DNA of 63,588 bases, filler included. It is 7 parts of 7 records of this genome, joined end to end, with 100 filler letters (N's around TTAATTAATTAA, not from the genome) between each part and the next. Parts side by side here need not be neighbours in the genome. Positions count along the whole stretch, not along the records: positions 17,764 to 27,369 come from SRR31147125_6182; positions 27,470 to 34,425 come from SRR31147125_6190; 5 more parts are not named here. One strand, 5' to 3'. The notes under the pieces were generated by a model. The model searched no databases, was not told where the DNA came from, and saw nothing but the letters and a program-made list of their open reading frames with translations. Shown here piece after piece: positions 21,263 to 33,170 of this stretch (positions are counted from its first letter, which is position 1; every line of letters starts with the position of its first letter). The translations under genes and the position numbers were made by a program.

Positions 21263-22336
21263 ATGAAACTACATACTTTTCCATTGGTACTTATTTTTTG
21301 CTTGTTTGTAACGACATTTTCTTGTTCGAACAAACCAAAAAAACGTCCGCGAAAACCTGTAAGTACTGTTAACATTAAACCTTCAAAACAGCGCTATGTT
21401 TTTGGCGACAAGGTAGCAGTTAATGTTAAAACAAAACTGAAAGATGGTGAACTAAAAAATGTAAAACTTAGTTTCCAGGGAGAAAGCATAAAAGAGAGTA
21501 CAGAACTTGAATTTGGTATAACTGAATTTAGCTTAAATAAATTGGGAAATACAGCTTTTACAGTTGCAGCCGAAAAAACTGATGGATTAAAAAATTCACG
21601 CTCGAAAGCAGTAACTGTTGTTTCTGATATTACTCCTGACAAACTTAGTTACCAGGTAATTAATAATTATCCGCATTCGAAAGAATCGTATACCCAGGGA
21701 CTGGAATATTACAAGGGCTATTTATACGAAGGAACAGGAGAAAACGGTCATTCGAAACTGTTAAAAGTTGATATAAAAACAGGAAAAATTCTTCAGTCGT
21801 TTATATTGGACGATAAATATTTTGGAGAAGGAATTACCATTTTAAACGACAAAATATACCAACTTACTTACCGGTCTAAAAAAGGTTTTGTTTACGACTT
21901 AAAAACCTTTGCAGTAATCGATAGTTTTACCTTTAAATCGGAACAAGGCTGGGGACTTACTAACGATGGTAAAAATCTGATTATGAGTGATGGTACAAGT
22001 GTTTTAACCTGGTTAAATCCCGACGATTTTTCTACAGTTAAAAAAGTTCAGGTTGCCGATAACAAGAATATTATGAATAACCTGAACGAGTTGGAATTTA
22101 TTGATGGCGTAATTTATGCCAATATTTACACCACGAATGTGGTTGTTAAAATAGATGCTGACTCGGGAAAAATACTTGAAAAAATTAACTTAGCCGGTTT
22201 AATAAACCTTTACCACCGGCCTGAAGACAGAATAGACTATTTGAATGGAATTGCATACGACAAAGAGCACGATAAAATGTATGTAACAGGTAAACTGTTC
22301 CCTCGTTTGTTCGAAGTAAAATTTGTTGAAGAGTAA
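21263..22336 (+). CDS. Glutaminyl-peptide cyclotransferase (lipoprotein)
   Basis: Motifs YTQGL, FGEG, GWGLT, SDG, NELE, LNGIAY and VTGK. Confidence 0.9.
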   Translation: MKLHTFPLVLIFCLFVTTFSCSNKPKKRPRKPVSTVNIKPSKQRYVFGDKVAVNVKTKLKDGELKNVKLSFQGESIKESTELEFGITEFSLNKLGNTAFTVAAEKTDGLKNSRSKAVTVVSDITPDKLSYQVINNYPHSKESYTQGLEYYKGYLYEGTGENGHSKLLKVDIKTGKILQSFILDDKYFGEGITILNDKIYQLTYRSKKGFVYDLKTFAVIDSFTFKSEQGWGLTNDGKNLIMSDGTSVLTWLNPDDFSTVKKVQVADNKNIMNNLNELEFIDGVIYANIYTTNVVVKIDADSGKILEKINLAGLINLYHRPEDRIDYLNGIAYDKEHDKMYVTGKLFPRLFEVKFVEE

Positions 22337-22343
22337 AATAAAA

Positions 22344-22390
22344 AAGGATTGAATGATAGAGCAATTAATGCATTTTATCATCCAATCCTT
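22344..22390. terminator. Bidirectional terminator hairpin between convergent genes
   Basis: AAGGATTGAATGATA...TATCATCCAATCCTT inverted repeat. Confidence 0.6.
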
Positions 22391-22413
22391 CAATATTTCA
22401 GTCCTTCAATTAT

Positions 22414-23436
22414 TTAAAACAGGGTAGGAGTATCGCCGTACTTTATTTTTCCTAAATGTTTGTAAGCCAATTCAGTAACTTCTCTTCCACGTGGAGTACG
22501 CTTTATAAAACCTTCCTTAATTAAGAATGGCTCATACACTTCTTCGATGGTTCCAGAATCTTCACCCACCGCAGTTGCAATTGTAGTAATTCCGACTGGT
22601 CCGCCCTTAAACTTATCGATAATTGCCGATAAAATTCGGTTATCCATTTCATCTAAACCGTGCTTATCAATATTTAAAGCATTTAAAGCATGGCGGGTAA
22701 TTGCCATATCAATTTTACCATCGCCTTTAACCTGTGCAAAATCGCGAACTCTTCTTAAAAGCGAATTTACAATTCTAGGTGTTCCCCGGCTACGAAAAGC
22801 TATCTCACAGGCCGCATCGTCGCGTATTTCGACGTTTAATATGCCTGCCGACCGTTTTACTATCCCAGTTAAAATATCGGCGTCATAGTACTCTAAATGC
22901 GATTTAATGCCAAATCGAGCCCGAAGCGGAGATGTTAATAATCCCGAACGTGTTGTTGCTCCAATAAGCGTAAACGGATTTAATTCGAGCTGAACCGAGC
23001 GTGCACTTGGGCCTTTATCTATCATAATATCAATCCGAAAGTCTTCCATTGCCGAATACAAATATTCTTCAACAATTGGAGAGAGGCGGTGTATTTCGTC
23101 GATAAACAGTACATCGTGCGATTCGAGATTTGTTAATAATCCTGCCAAATCGCCTGGTTTATCCAGAACCGGTCCCGATGTAATTTTTATGCCAACACCC
23201 AGCTCATTCGCAATTATATCTGATAGAGTAGTTTTTCCCAATCCAGGAGGTCCATGCAGCAAAACATGATCGAGAGCTTCGCCACGCATTGTAGCAGCTT
23301 TCACAAAAATTTCCAGGTTTTCAACAATTTGTTTCTGACCTCTAAAATCGTTAAACTGAAGAGGTCTGAGCTGTTTATCCAGCTCTTTATCAGTGTCGGC
23401 AAACGAATTTCCCCTAATATCCAAAGTTTCGTCCAT
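22414..23436 (-). CDS. ruvB: Holliday junction branch migration helicase RuvB
   Basis: Motifs [34 protein letters not shown] and RTPRGR. Confidence 0.98.
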   Translation of the reverse strand: MDETLDIRGNSFADTDKELDKQLRPLQFNDFRGQKQIVENLEIFVKAATMRGEALDHVLLHGPPGLGKTTLSDIIANELGVGIKITSGPVLDKPGDLAGLLTNLESHDVLFIDEIHRLSPIVEEYLYSAMEDFRIDIMIDKGPSARSVQLELNPFTLIGATTRSGLLTSPLRARFGIKSHLEYYDADILTGIVKRSAGILNVEIRDDAACEIAFRSRGTPRIVNSLLRRVRDFAQVKGDGKIDMAITRHALNALNIDKHGLDEMDNRILSAIIDKFKGGPVGITTIATAVGEDSGTIEEVYEPFLIKEGFIKRTPRGREVTELAYKHLGKIKYGDTPTLF

Positions 23437-23441
23437 TCAAT

Positions 23442-23816
23442 TTATTCAGAAATAAACATTCTAATTTTTTCGATTAATTGCTCTGAAGTAAAGGGTTTTG
23501 ACAAGTATTCATTCATGCCGGCTTCGAAACATTTATCGCGATCGTTATCAAGTGTATTTGCAGTTATTGCTATAATGGGAACGGGATTTTCAATATTTTT
23601 TTCTTTTTCAATTTTACGAAATTCACAAGTAATTTCATAACCATCCATTCCCGGAAGCATTAAATCCATTAACACCAAGTCGAAAGTGTTACTACCAAAT
23701 TCCTTAATTGCTTCAGTTCCGTTCGCTACCGAGGTAACGTCGTAGTTGTACTTTCTTAGGTTAAAAGTAACTACTTTTTGATTTAATATGTTGTCCTCAA
23801 CTAAAAGAATATGCAA
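23442..23816 (-). CDS. Single-domain response regulator (REC)
   Basis: Motifs LLVEDN, LMDLMLP, AITAN and SKP. Confidence 0.9.
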   Translation of the reverse strand: MHILLVEDNILNQKVVTFNLRKYNYDVTSVANGTEAIKEFGSNTFDLVLMDLMLPGMDGYEITCEFRKIEKEKNIENPVPIIAITANTLDNDRDKCFEAGMNEYLSKPFTSEQLIEKIRMFISE

Positions 23817-24245
23817 AGCGTCTGTATTATATTATTTAATTTAAAACAAATATATAAAACTAATAGTGTTTATTATAGCCTGTTAGTATATGTTGATTAC
23901 TATTTGTGCTTTTTTTAAAGAATAGTTGAACCGGTTTTCTACTGAGTTTTTAACAGAACTCACGCTGGCTAAATGTTTCAGCGGTAATTCAATAGTCATT
24001 TTTATTAACATCTGTTAATTACTTTTGTTTAATGCAAAAGGAAGAAATTAACCAGTGGATAAACTGTGAATATATTCCTTCTAAAAATATACCTTATCAA
24101 AACGACTTTTCGGAATTGATATTTATATGAAGAAAATTGTGAAGATTACAAATTTTAAACGAAAAGATTACTTTTGTTTTTTTAGCAGTTTTTGCCCACT
24201 TTATTAACAATTTGCTAAAATATTAAAGACTTGATAAATAAGAAT

Positions 24246-27200
24246 ATGGCCGATAATTTCAACATGCTTGTTAATAAGCTAAACGCTTTTAAACTTAAAT
24301 ACTATTTGTATGGAGTAATAAGAGGTTTGGTTTTAACAACGCTGACTTTAATATTACTTTATACACTTTTTGTGGTAGTTGAATATTTCGCTTATTTGTC
24401 TCCCGAAATACGAAAAGCTGTATTTTTTGGAAGTATTGTTTTTGCCTCGCTACTAATTATTGGTTTTATTTTAGTGCCTGTATTAAGGTTGTTAAGTATT
24501 TTAAAACCAATCGATTTACATACAACTTCCAATATTATTCAAAAATATTTTACCGATATTCAAGACAAATTATTGAATGTTATTGAATTATCAGATTATC
24601 ATAATCAAAATGAATCTAATGAAATTGTTTTAGCCAGTATCGAACAAAAAATTGAAGAACTAAAATTTTTCGATTTTAATGAAGCTATTTCGCTTAAAGA
24701 TATTAAAGGTTTGTTTATTTATCTGATAATAAGTTTGTTAGTTGCAGTTTCTATCCTTTTGACCAATCAAAATATATTTAGCGATTCTACAAATAGGTTT
24801 ATTCACTACAACTATAGCATTTGTAAAACCTGCTCCTTTTATATTTAATATTCAGAATAAAAACTTGAAGGCAAAAAAAGGGGAGTCGTTTGTTTTTAAA
24901 GTCCAGGCGCAAGGGGAGGAGATACCACAAATTGTTTATATCAATATTGAAGGGAATAATTACCTGATGAAAACTGTAACTCCCGGTAGTTATGAGTTTG
25001 AAATGCAAACCGTTATAAATCCTGTAAATTTTCATTTTACCGATTTAAAATACAATTCAGATAATTTCTATCTCGAATTACTACCAAAACCTGCACTTAG
25101 TGGTTTTTCTGTTCATATTAACCCTCCTGTGTATACAGGCTCCGTAAAACAGGTATTAAATAATATTGGCGATTTACAGGTACCGGTGGGCACCGAGTTA
25201 AAGTGGGAATTTTCTGGTATTGATGTTGATTCGTTAACTCTTGTTCTTGCTGATTCAATTGTTCTAAATGCCGATAAGAAAGATAATGTATTCGAGCTTG
25301 AGCACCGTTTTTACCAATCGAGCAGCTATAACGTTTATCTACACAATAAGTTAACCGAATCGGAACTCGCACTTTCTTATTTTGTTGAAACTATACCTGA
25401 TTTATACCCCGAAATTGATGTTGCGGAAGTACAAGATTCGTTAAACATTACCCGGTTTTTTTACAAAGGACTAATTAATGACGATTACGGTTTTAGTAAC
25501 TTGAAATTCCATTACAATGTTAATAACGAAGATTCAGCCATTGCTATTCCTTTTGTAAAATCAGTAAATGAACAGGATTTTTATTTCAGTTACGATTTTA
25601 GCGAAATTCCAAATCCTGAAGGAATTATAAGTTATTATTTTTCGGTATCCGATAACGATATTGTAAATAACTATAAAACAACAACTTCTAAAAGTTTTAC
25701 ATTTAAATTTCCTGATAAAGAGGAGCTTAAAGAATACGACAAGGAACAATTCAATAAGCTTCAGAATATGCTTCAGAAAAGTAAACAGCTGTCAAACGAA
25801 ATTCAGAAGGATCTTAATAATCTTCAGATAAAAAATATGGATACCAGCGTTTCCGATTGGGAAAAATCGCAAATGGTAAATGATATTGTTCAGAAACAAA
25901 ATAATCTTGAAAAGTTATACGATCAGATAAAAGAAGATAATCAGCGTTTAAACAATTACCTGAATTCTTTTAATAAACAAAACGAAGAAATTGCTAAGAA
26001 ACAAAAACAAATTGAAGAGTTATTAGAAGATGTGTTTACCGATGAACTTAAAAAGTTGATGGAAGAGTTTAACAAGCTTGCTGAAGAATTTGATAGTAAA
26101 AAGTTAAATGAACTTACTAAAAACATGAATCTTTCGTTTGAAGATTTACAGGAACAGCTAGACAGAAATCTTGAAATGCTTAAAAAGATGAAAATTGAGC
26201 AAAAAATTCAAGATGTAATTGATCAGGTAAACGAAGTGGCTAACGAACATGATAATCTGGCAGAGGAAGTAATTGAACAAAAAAATTACGATGAAATAGA
26301 AAATAAGGTTGATGAGCATCTGGACAAACTTAAAGATTTACAAGACGAAATAAAGGAAGCGTTAGAGATGAATAAGGAATTAGAAGAACCTTTAAATTTT
26401 GATGACTTTAGCGAAGAGTTTTCTGAAATTGAAAAAAGTTCTGAAGAAAGTAAAGAAAACCTTCAAAAACGAAACAAGAAGAAATCGTCGAAAAGTATAA
26501 AAAGCAGTGCCGAACAAATGAAAAATATGGCATTTGGAATGCAACAATTATTTGATATTAATAAGAGTCAGCAAAACAAAGAAAATATTCAAAATTTACG
26601 TCAAATACTTGATAATCTGGTATATATAAGTTTTTCGCAAGAAACTATTTTAAATAGATTAAGTGGAATTAGTGCTAAAGATCCACAATTGGTAAAATTA
26701 AACATTGATCAAAAACGTATTGTAAATCAGACAGAAATTGTAAAAGATTCATTATATTCATTGGCTTTACGAACTCCGTCGATTACAAGTACTGTAAATA
26801 ACGAGCTAATTAGTCTTGAAATGAACCTCGGTAAAGCTGTTTCTCAAATGGAGGAAGCTTTATTTCCTGCAGCACGAAATAGTCAACAATTCGTAATAAC
26901 ATCGGCAAATAATTTGGCTTTAATGCTTAACGAAGCACTCGAAAATCTTGAAAAGCAACAAGCAAATGGCCAGCCAGGCGACCAACAGTGTGAAAATCCT
27001 GGCGGAGGAAAACCGGGCATGAATAATTTGAAAGAATCGTCGGAAAGTATTAAACAGCAGCTCGAGAAAATGATTGAACAAATGAAAAGCGGAAAGCAGC
27101 AGGGAATGAGTCAACAGCTTGGTCAAAGTTTAATGCAACACGAAATGATGCAGCAGCTTCTGCGGGATTTAATGAATAATGGTAGTGTAGGAAGCTCTGC

Positions 27201-27369
27201 TCAAAAGACACTGAAGCAGATTGACAATATGTTAGAACAAAACAGACGTGAATTAATGAGTAGATCTATTAGTGCACAAACGCTAAAACGACAGAACTTA
27301 ATTACTACACGATTGTTAGAAGCAGAGAAGGCTGAGCAAGAAAGAGAATTTGAAGATAAAAGAGAATCG
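24246..27369 (+). CDS. DUF4175-like membrane-anchored coiled-coil protein, frameshifted near 24810 and 3'-truncated
   Basis: The TM-rich ORF 24231-24848 joins ORF 24865+ through the frame IAFVKPAPFIFNIQNKNL. It has DDYGF, a long coiled coil and TRLLEAEKAE. Confidence 0.75.
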
Positions 27370-27469
27370 NNNNNNNNNNNNNNNNNNNNNNNNNNNNNNN
27401 NNNNNNNNNNNNNTTAATTAATTAANNNNNNNNNNNNNNNNNNNNNNNNNNNNNNNNNNNNNNNNNNNN
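27370..27469. other. Artificial contig linker
   Basis: N-run/TTAATTAATTAA/N-run. Confidence 0.98.
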
Positions 27470-27773
27470 TTTTTGGGAGTGCGTTTCAGGGCACTAAAAT
27501 AATTTCTGTTTCGCTACGCGTTCCATTCTATAGCAAAAAAGATGGCTATTGGGGTGTCTGTCTCAAGTTTTTACGTCATTCCAATATTTTAAATTTTATA
27601 ATAAGTGAATTTACAATTTGTTTGTGAAAAAGTCAATAGTGGAATTTCAGACCCTTTATTTAAAAGTAAAATTACTGCAATTGGTAAACAAGTCATTTAA
27701 GGTATAAAAAAGACTTGCTTTTTTTATTAAAATTAATGATATTTTACAAAATCTATTATTCGGGGTATGTTTT

Positions 27774-28196
27774 ATGAAAAAAATTATTTTATTTTTATTA
27801 GTTTCGAGCATTTTTATTTCAACCTATTCCGTATTTGCTGGTGCGGTTATAAAAGACTTTAAAGCTGAGCCCGGTACAAATAAGGTTACTTTAAAGTGGA
27901 CAGCTTCAGCAGAAATTGATCTAAAAGAATACCAAATTTGGCGTAGTCTTGACGGTATTAATTTTAGTCATATCGGTAGTCAGAGAGCAGAAGGTATTTC
28001 CTCAGGAGAGAAAACATATACTTTTATCGATAACTCTGTATTTAAACCGACTGACAGAACTTATTATTACAAACTTTATTTTGTCAGTTTGAGTGACGGT
28101 TCTGTTGTTGAATATGGTGGCGATGCAGCCATTGTTTCTCCACAAATATCCGCTGCACGTCAAACATGGGGCAGTATTAAAGCGATGTTTCGTTAG
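27774..28196 (+). CDS. Secreted FN3-like protein ending in TWGSIKAMFR
   Basis: Signal peptide; LKW..E....YQIWRS.DG..F and YYYKL; terminal TWG.IK motif. Confidence 0.7.
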   Translation: MKKIILFLLVSSIFISTYSVFAGAVIKDFKAEPGTNKVTLKWTASAEIDLKEYQIWRSLDGINFSHIGSQRAEGISSGEKTYTFIDNSVFKPTDRTYYYKLYFVSLSDGSVVEYGGDAAIVSPQISAARQTWGSIKAMFR

Positions 28197-28218
28197 GACA
28201 TGCGCAAGGGGTTTATTT

Positions 28219-29226
28219 TTAAATTTCATCTTTTTTATTATTATCCAAAAATTTAATTTCTTCTATTTTGCTTACCATCCTGTCATAATCATTCATTAAA
28301 CGATCGGTTGCGCTTTTAGCATGATTTATATGTTTTGATAATATTTTTATATTTTGATCCATGTTTTGCGCTTCCTGCTGAAGGGCTCCCAGAGATTGAA
28401 TTATTCGTCGAGTGGTTTCCTCAATTCGTTTTCCCTCCAATCCCATTAGAATGACTCTCAGAAAATAGTATAATACATTTGATGAGACAATCAAGACGTT
28501 TTTATTTTGTGCGTGTGTATTTAGTGTGTCATGGGTAATAATTTCATAATATATGGCTTCAGAAGGAACATACATAAGAGCAAAATCCAAAGTACCTTCC
28601 CGCGGCAGGATATATTTATGGCTAATACTGTCTATATGTCGTCGGGTATCACGAAAAAATTCGCGTTTGTAGGCGCTTTCCTCCTCATGGTTTTCTGCTT
28701 GTGAGGCTTTTCTGAAATTTTCAAATGGGAACTTGGCATCAATCGGTATGTAACCATTTTCAGTGGAGATTACAACATCGACTATATGACCATTAAGGAA
28801 ACGGTGTTGATATTTTATGATTGACCGTGGTAATATTTGCTGTAAAATATCCTTGAGGATTTGCTCGCCTATTCTTCCTCTCAGTTTTGGGGATTTTAAT
28901 AAAAGTTGAAAATCCCTCATCTGGTGGCCTATTTCCTGAATTTGACCCAAATCACGGTTTAAAAGGCGCATCAACTGGGCATTGTTATCCAATCTGTTTC
29001 CTATCGACTCATTAGTGACATGCAATTGTTGTTGTATAACATCTGTTGTGCGGTCCAGGCTACCGCGCATTTCATGAAGCCATTGGCTCATGATGGTCAG
29101 GGGCTTTTCATTTTGTTGTGAATCCAGCCACGAACGCCATCTTTTTTCCTGCAGCCAAAAGCTAAGCCAAAGTCCAACTATCAGAAATAGTGTCAGCGAT
29201 AGGTATAGTAGTAATTCAATTGACAT
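28219..29226 (-). CDS. rmuC: DNA recombination protein RmuC family
   Basis: N-terminal TM; motifs PKLRG.IGE, IDAKFP, KYI and DFALMYVPSE. Confidence 0.9.
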   Translation of the reverse strand: MSIELLLYLSLTLFLIVGLWLSFWLQEKRWRSWLDSQQNEKPLTIMSQWLHEMRGSLDRTTDVIQQQLHVTNESIGNRLDNNAQLMRLLNRDLGQIQEIGHQMRDFQLLLKSPKLRGRIGEQILKDILQQILPRSIIKYQHRFLNGHIVDVVISTENGYIPIDAKFPFENFRKASQAENHEEESAYKREFFRDTRRHIDSISHKYILPREGTLDFALMYVPSEAIYYEIITHDTLNTHAQNKNVLIVSSNVLYYFLRVILMGLEGKRIEETTRRIIQSLGALQQEAQNMDQNIKILSKHINHAKSATDRLMNDYDRMVSKIEEIKFLDNNKKDEI

Positions 29227-29628
29227 ATGAATGTTTATTAATCCTTTTTATGATGTTGGTGATTTAAATTAAAATCAGTAAGGAGATTGGTTTATAGACA
29301 AAACGAAATATTTCAAAGGTGATTGTTTTATTTATTCTTGTTGCGATTTTTATGTCTTTACCTGGCAGCTGCACCGTAATAGAGATGAAAAAATATTCTC
29401 CGGATAAACTCCTAATGTGTGCATAATATATTAATTACTTATAGTTGTGTCAAGTGATTCCATTTTCAGGTATTCATGCTGTCATGCCTTCAATGAGATG
29501 TAAATATCTATAGTGGTAAAATATTTTACAATATTGTATTTCATAATGAAATATCGTTACATGAAATAAAATTGATGTCATGGATGTAAATATAATATAA
29601 ATAATGTATAATGTTGAAGTAGATATTT

Positions 29629-29644
29629 TGGTCTGTTTATTGCA
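29629..29644 (+). promoter_or_regulatory. Candidate sigma54 (-24/-12) promoter
   Basis: TGGTCT-GTTTA-TTGCA (GG-N10-GC) lies 55 nt upstream of the ATPase gene. Confidence 0.5.
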
Positions 29645-29699
29645 CGTGTTATGGTAGATTTAAAACAAAAGACGCTAAAAAATAAATCGAGAATAAGCC

Positions 29700-30884
29700 A
29701 TGAGTATAAAAAGGATTAACGAAAAGCAAATAAAGTCGAAAGAGCTGTGGAAACAGGGACCCTTCCTGGCTGGAGATCAGGGTAATGGCCGGTCTATGGA
29801 AAAACGACCTCGTGTTATTGCTGTTGGTGGTGGGAAAGGTGGTGTAGGTAAAACAGTTGTATCTACCATGTTGGGAATCTGTTTGTCAAATATGGGTAAA
29901 TCTACCATTATTCTTGATGCTGATTTGACGGGGGGAAATTTACACGGTTATTTGAATATTTTGGATCCCGAAATGACGCTTGTGCATTTTCTGGAAAGAG
30001 AAACATATAATTTAAACGATCTGGCATTAGAAACTGCGTTTGATAACCTGAAGATTATCCCTGTTTCACAGGGACATTTTTCGACAATGCAGATGAAATA
30101 CTGGGAGAAGCAAAAGTTATTACGAAATATCCGTAAACTGGATGCCGATTATGTCATATTGGATCTTGGAGCCGGGACATCTTTTACGACCATTGATTTT
30201 TATCTAAAAGCTGACGATGCTTTACTTGTCGCTACGTGCGATCCTTTATCAGTTTACGATGCATATGGATTTATTCGTGCTTCTGTTTTTCGGCAATTGG
30301 TAAAGACCTTCCGACACTGGCCTGAGTTTCTTAACGAATTAAAACTTTGTGGTGATTTATCAAAGGGGAAAAATGTCAAATCTTTGCATGCACAATTGGA
30401 TGAGTTGAATAACATACCTAAAAGCTGGAAAATACTTATAGAACGGCGAATTGAACTTTTTAAACCCAAAATTATATTAAATATGGTTGAGAAGAATGAT
30501 TCCCATTCTGAATTACAGGCGTTGAGATTATCTGTAAAGGAATTATTGAATGTCAATCTTGAACATTGGGGTAATATAAGAATGGACCATAATGTCAGTG
30601 GGGCTGTGAGAAGTTTAAGGCCGGATTTATTGCTTAAAGCAAATAGTGCTGCATCAGAAGATATTGTCCGAATCGTGAATCGAAATATCATTGCCCGGGA
30701 ATTGAATGCAAAGAAATCCAATAGCAAAAATTGGAACCATCAAGATCTCGGGATTAACCGTTACCAACGCCAAAAATATATGCGAATATGCAATTACCGC
30801 TGTATTGCATGGAATTGCTGTAAAGAACGTGATGGAGGTATGCCTTGTAGCAAGATTGAGCCTGCGTCTTTATCGGTTAAATAG
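29700..30884 (+). CDS. MinD/FlhG(FleN)-like P-loop ATPase with a C-terminal Cys-rich tail
   Basis: Deviant Walker A GGKGGVGKT, DAD, DLGAG and ILNM. The tail reads CNYRCIAWNCCKERDGGMPC. Confidence 0.85.
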   Translation: MSIKRINEKQIKSKELWKQGPFLAGDQGNGRSMEKRPRVIAVGGGKGGVGKTVVSTMLGICLSNMGKSTIILDADLTGGNLHGYLNILDPEMTLVHFLERETYNLNDLALETAFDNLKIIPVSQGHFSTMQMKYWEKQKLLRNIRKLDADYVILDLGAGTSFTTIDFYLKADDALLVATCDPLSVYDAYGFIRASVFRQLVKTFRHWPEFLNELKLCGDLSKGKNVKSLHAQLDELNNIPKSWKILIERRIELFKPKIILNMVEKNDSHSELQALRLSVKELLNVNLEHWGNIRMDHNVSGAVRSLRPDLLLKANSAASEDIVRIVNRNIIARELNAKKSNSKNWNHQDLGINRYQRQKYMRICNYRCIAWNCCKERDGGMPCSKIEPASLSVK

Positions 30885-30912
30885 CGTTTAATAACCAAAA
30901 AATAGTTACTTT

Positions 30913-30982
30913 GAAACCCCAATGCACTAATCAATAATTATTGAGAGATAGGTCAGGTCATGCGCTGGGGTTTCTTTTTTTT
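30913..30982. terminator. Hairpin terminator between convergent genes
   Basis: GAAACCCCA...TGGGGTTTC followed by T8. Confidence 0.6.
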
Positions 30983-31013
30983 AATCAGGATTTTTTCTGT
31001 TTTGGACAATATT

Positions 31014-31922
31014 TTAGCCGCCTATTCGTTTTCTTTTTATTAAATACTGCAACAGAGCTTTATCAAAACTTTCCATGGTGTCCAGTAATACATAATCTAT
31101 TTGATTCTCTCTGCAACTATTCTTATATGTGTCGATGAATTCATTCACAAGCCTGCGGTATTCACCTCGAATATGCCAGGGTTGTGTCGATAATTTTTCA
31201 TTTGTTTCCAAATCCCTGAAAACAGCATCTTGTTTGAAATTAAAGTGTCTTTCCATTGGATCAAGCACATGGAAAACGATTACTTCATGCTTTTTATGTC
31301 TAAAGTGTTTTAATCCTGAGATTATTTTGTCAGGTTGGTCGAAGAGATCTGAAAAGATAAGAATTAAGCCACGCCGGTTTATGCGCTCAGCCAGATTGTG
31401 AAGGGTTTGGGACACATTTGTTTTGGATTTGCTTTTGACTTTATGCAATTCCTTTAACAGCACCGGAAGATACGTGTTAATGGAGCGGGGTGGAAGGTAT
31501 TTTCTGATTTTTTGATCAAAAAGGGCTAATCCAACAGCATCCCGTTGTTTCAGCATTAAAAAAGCCAGAGCGGCAGAAATGTAGGAAGCATATTGTAGTT
31601 TATTAATAGAATGAGAGGAATAACCCATAGAAGCAGAGGTGTCAAGAAGGATATATGCTTTTAAGTTAGTTTCCTCTTCATACTGTTTGACATAATGACG
31701 ATCTGTTTTTGCATAAACTTTCCAATCAACATGGCGGATATCATCGCCGGGCATGTATTGCCGATGTTCCGCGAATTCAACGCTAAAACCATGATATGGA
31801 CTTCGATGCAGGCCTGTGATAAATCCCTCTACGACCAGTCTGGCAATAAGATTTATATTTGAAACCTTGGAAACAACCTCTGGTTGAAGGTATTGACGAT
31901 AATCTTTTGAAGACATGGGCAT
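31014..31922 (-). CDS. DUF58/VWA protein (MoxR partner)
   Basis: Motifs GLHRS, EFAEHRQY.PGDD, DWK, KQYEEE and DTSASM. Confidence 0.92.
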   Translation of the reverse strand: MPMSSKDYRQYLQPEVVSKVSNINLIARLVVEGFITGLHRSPYHGFSVEFAEHRQYMPGDDIRHVDWKVYAKTDRHYVKQYEEETNLKAYILLDTSASMGYSSHSINKLQYASYISAALAFLMLKQRDAVGLALFDQKIRKYLPPRSINTYLPVLLKELHKVKSKSKTNVSQTLHNLAERINRRGLILIFSDLFDQPDKIISGLKHFRHKKHEVIVFHVLDPMERHFNFKQDAVFRDLETNEKLSTQPWHIRGEYRRLVNEFIDTYKNSCRENQIDYVLLDTMESFDKALLQYLIKRKRIGG

Positions 31923-31927
31923 ATGTA

Positions 31928-32935
31928 TTATGCTCCTGTAGATTGAATCAGTTTATCGATGATATCGGTTGTATTAATGCCTTCTGCTTCGGCATTAAAG
32001 TTTGTTACAATCCTGTGTCTCAAAACAGGTTTTGCCACGGCTATAACGTCTTCAATATCCGGGGTTGGGCGACCTTCAAGAATAGCTTTTGTTTTTGAGC
32101 CAAGGATGAGATATTGAGAAGCTCTGGGACCAGCTCCCCAATTAATCCAATCATTAACAAATTTAGGTACTGAATCATTATTTGGCCGTGTTTTTCTGAC
32201 CAGCCCCACTGCGAAATTGATGACATTATCTGCAACAGGTACGCGGCGAACGAGGTTTTGTAATTCAATGATCTGGCGAGCATCGATGATGGTTTGCAGA
32301 TCAGCCTGGTAAGCACTGGTTGTGGATCGAACAATTTCTTCTTCTTCTTCCTTGTTGGGGTAATCCAGCCATAAATTGAACATAAATCGATCCAACTGTG
32401 CTTCCGGAAGAGGGTAGGTGCCTTCCTGTTCGATGGGATTTTGTGTGGCCAGCACGAAAAACGGTTCAGTTAACTTGTGCGTCTCACCTGCGGTAGAGAC
32501 CTCATGCTCCTGCATTGCCTGCAATAACGCTGATTGTGTTTTTGGAGGTGTGCGGTTGATCTCATCAGCTAAAACGATGTTGGCAAATACAGGCCCTTTA
32601 ACAAACTTGAACGTTTTTTGGCCTGTTGATTTATCCTCTTCAATGACTTCTGTGCCGGTTATATCAGAGGGCATCAAGTCCGGTGTAAACTGGATTCGAT
32701 TAAATTTTAAATCCAATACTTTTGAGACAGTGCTGATGAGCAAGGTTTTGGCCAGTCCTGGAACACCAACAAGCAAGCAGTGTCCACGAGCCAGTAATGA
32801 TATCAATAATTCATCGATAATTTGATGTTGGCCTATAATTATTTTTGAAATTTCTTTATGAATGTCATCGTGTGCTTTTTTAAGCTGTTGGACGATTTCC
32901 AGATCATTCAGGTTTTCTCTCAAATCCGAACTCAT
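31928..32935 (-). CDS. MoxR family AAA+ ATPase
   Basis: Motifs [47 protein letters not shown]. Confidence 0.95.
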   Translation of the reverse strand: MSSDLRENLNDLEIVQQLKKAHDDIHKEISKIIIGQHQIIDELLISLLARGHCLLVGVPGLAKTLLISTVSKVLDLKFNRIQFTPDLMPSDITGTEVIEEDKSTGQKTFKFVKGPVFANIVLADEINRTPPKTQSALLQAMQEHEVSTAGETHKLTEPFFVLATQNPIEQEGTYPLPEAQLDRFMFNLWLDYPNKEEEEEIVRSTTSAYQADLQTIIDARQIIELQNLVRRVPVADNVINFAVGLVRKTRPNNDSVPKFVNDWINWGAGPRASQYLILGSKTKAILEGRPTPDIEDVIAVAKPVLRHRIVTNFNAEAEGINTTDIIDKLIQSTGA

Positions 32936-33170
32936 TCTTCCTCCAATAGAGATTTATATAACCCGATGATCGGGCTTGTTATATTTGATTCAATTCAAAT
33001 AAGTTAATAAATGTTGCTTGAGTTGAAAATTATAACTGTAAATTTTTATTATAATTCCTAAAAATTAATGATTTTGAGTTCAAAAGTCAATACAGGAATA
33101 ATAGTAAAATTCGTAGTGGCTATCATAATATTCTTGTTGCTAATATTTAAATTGATTAAATTAAATAACT

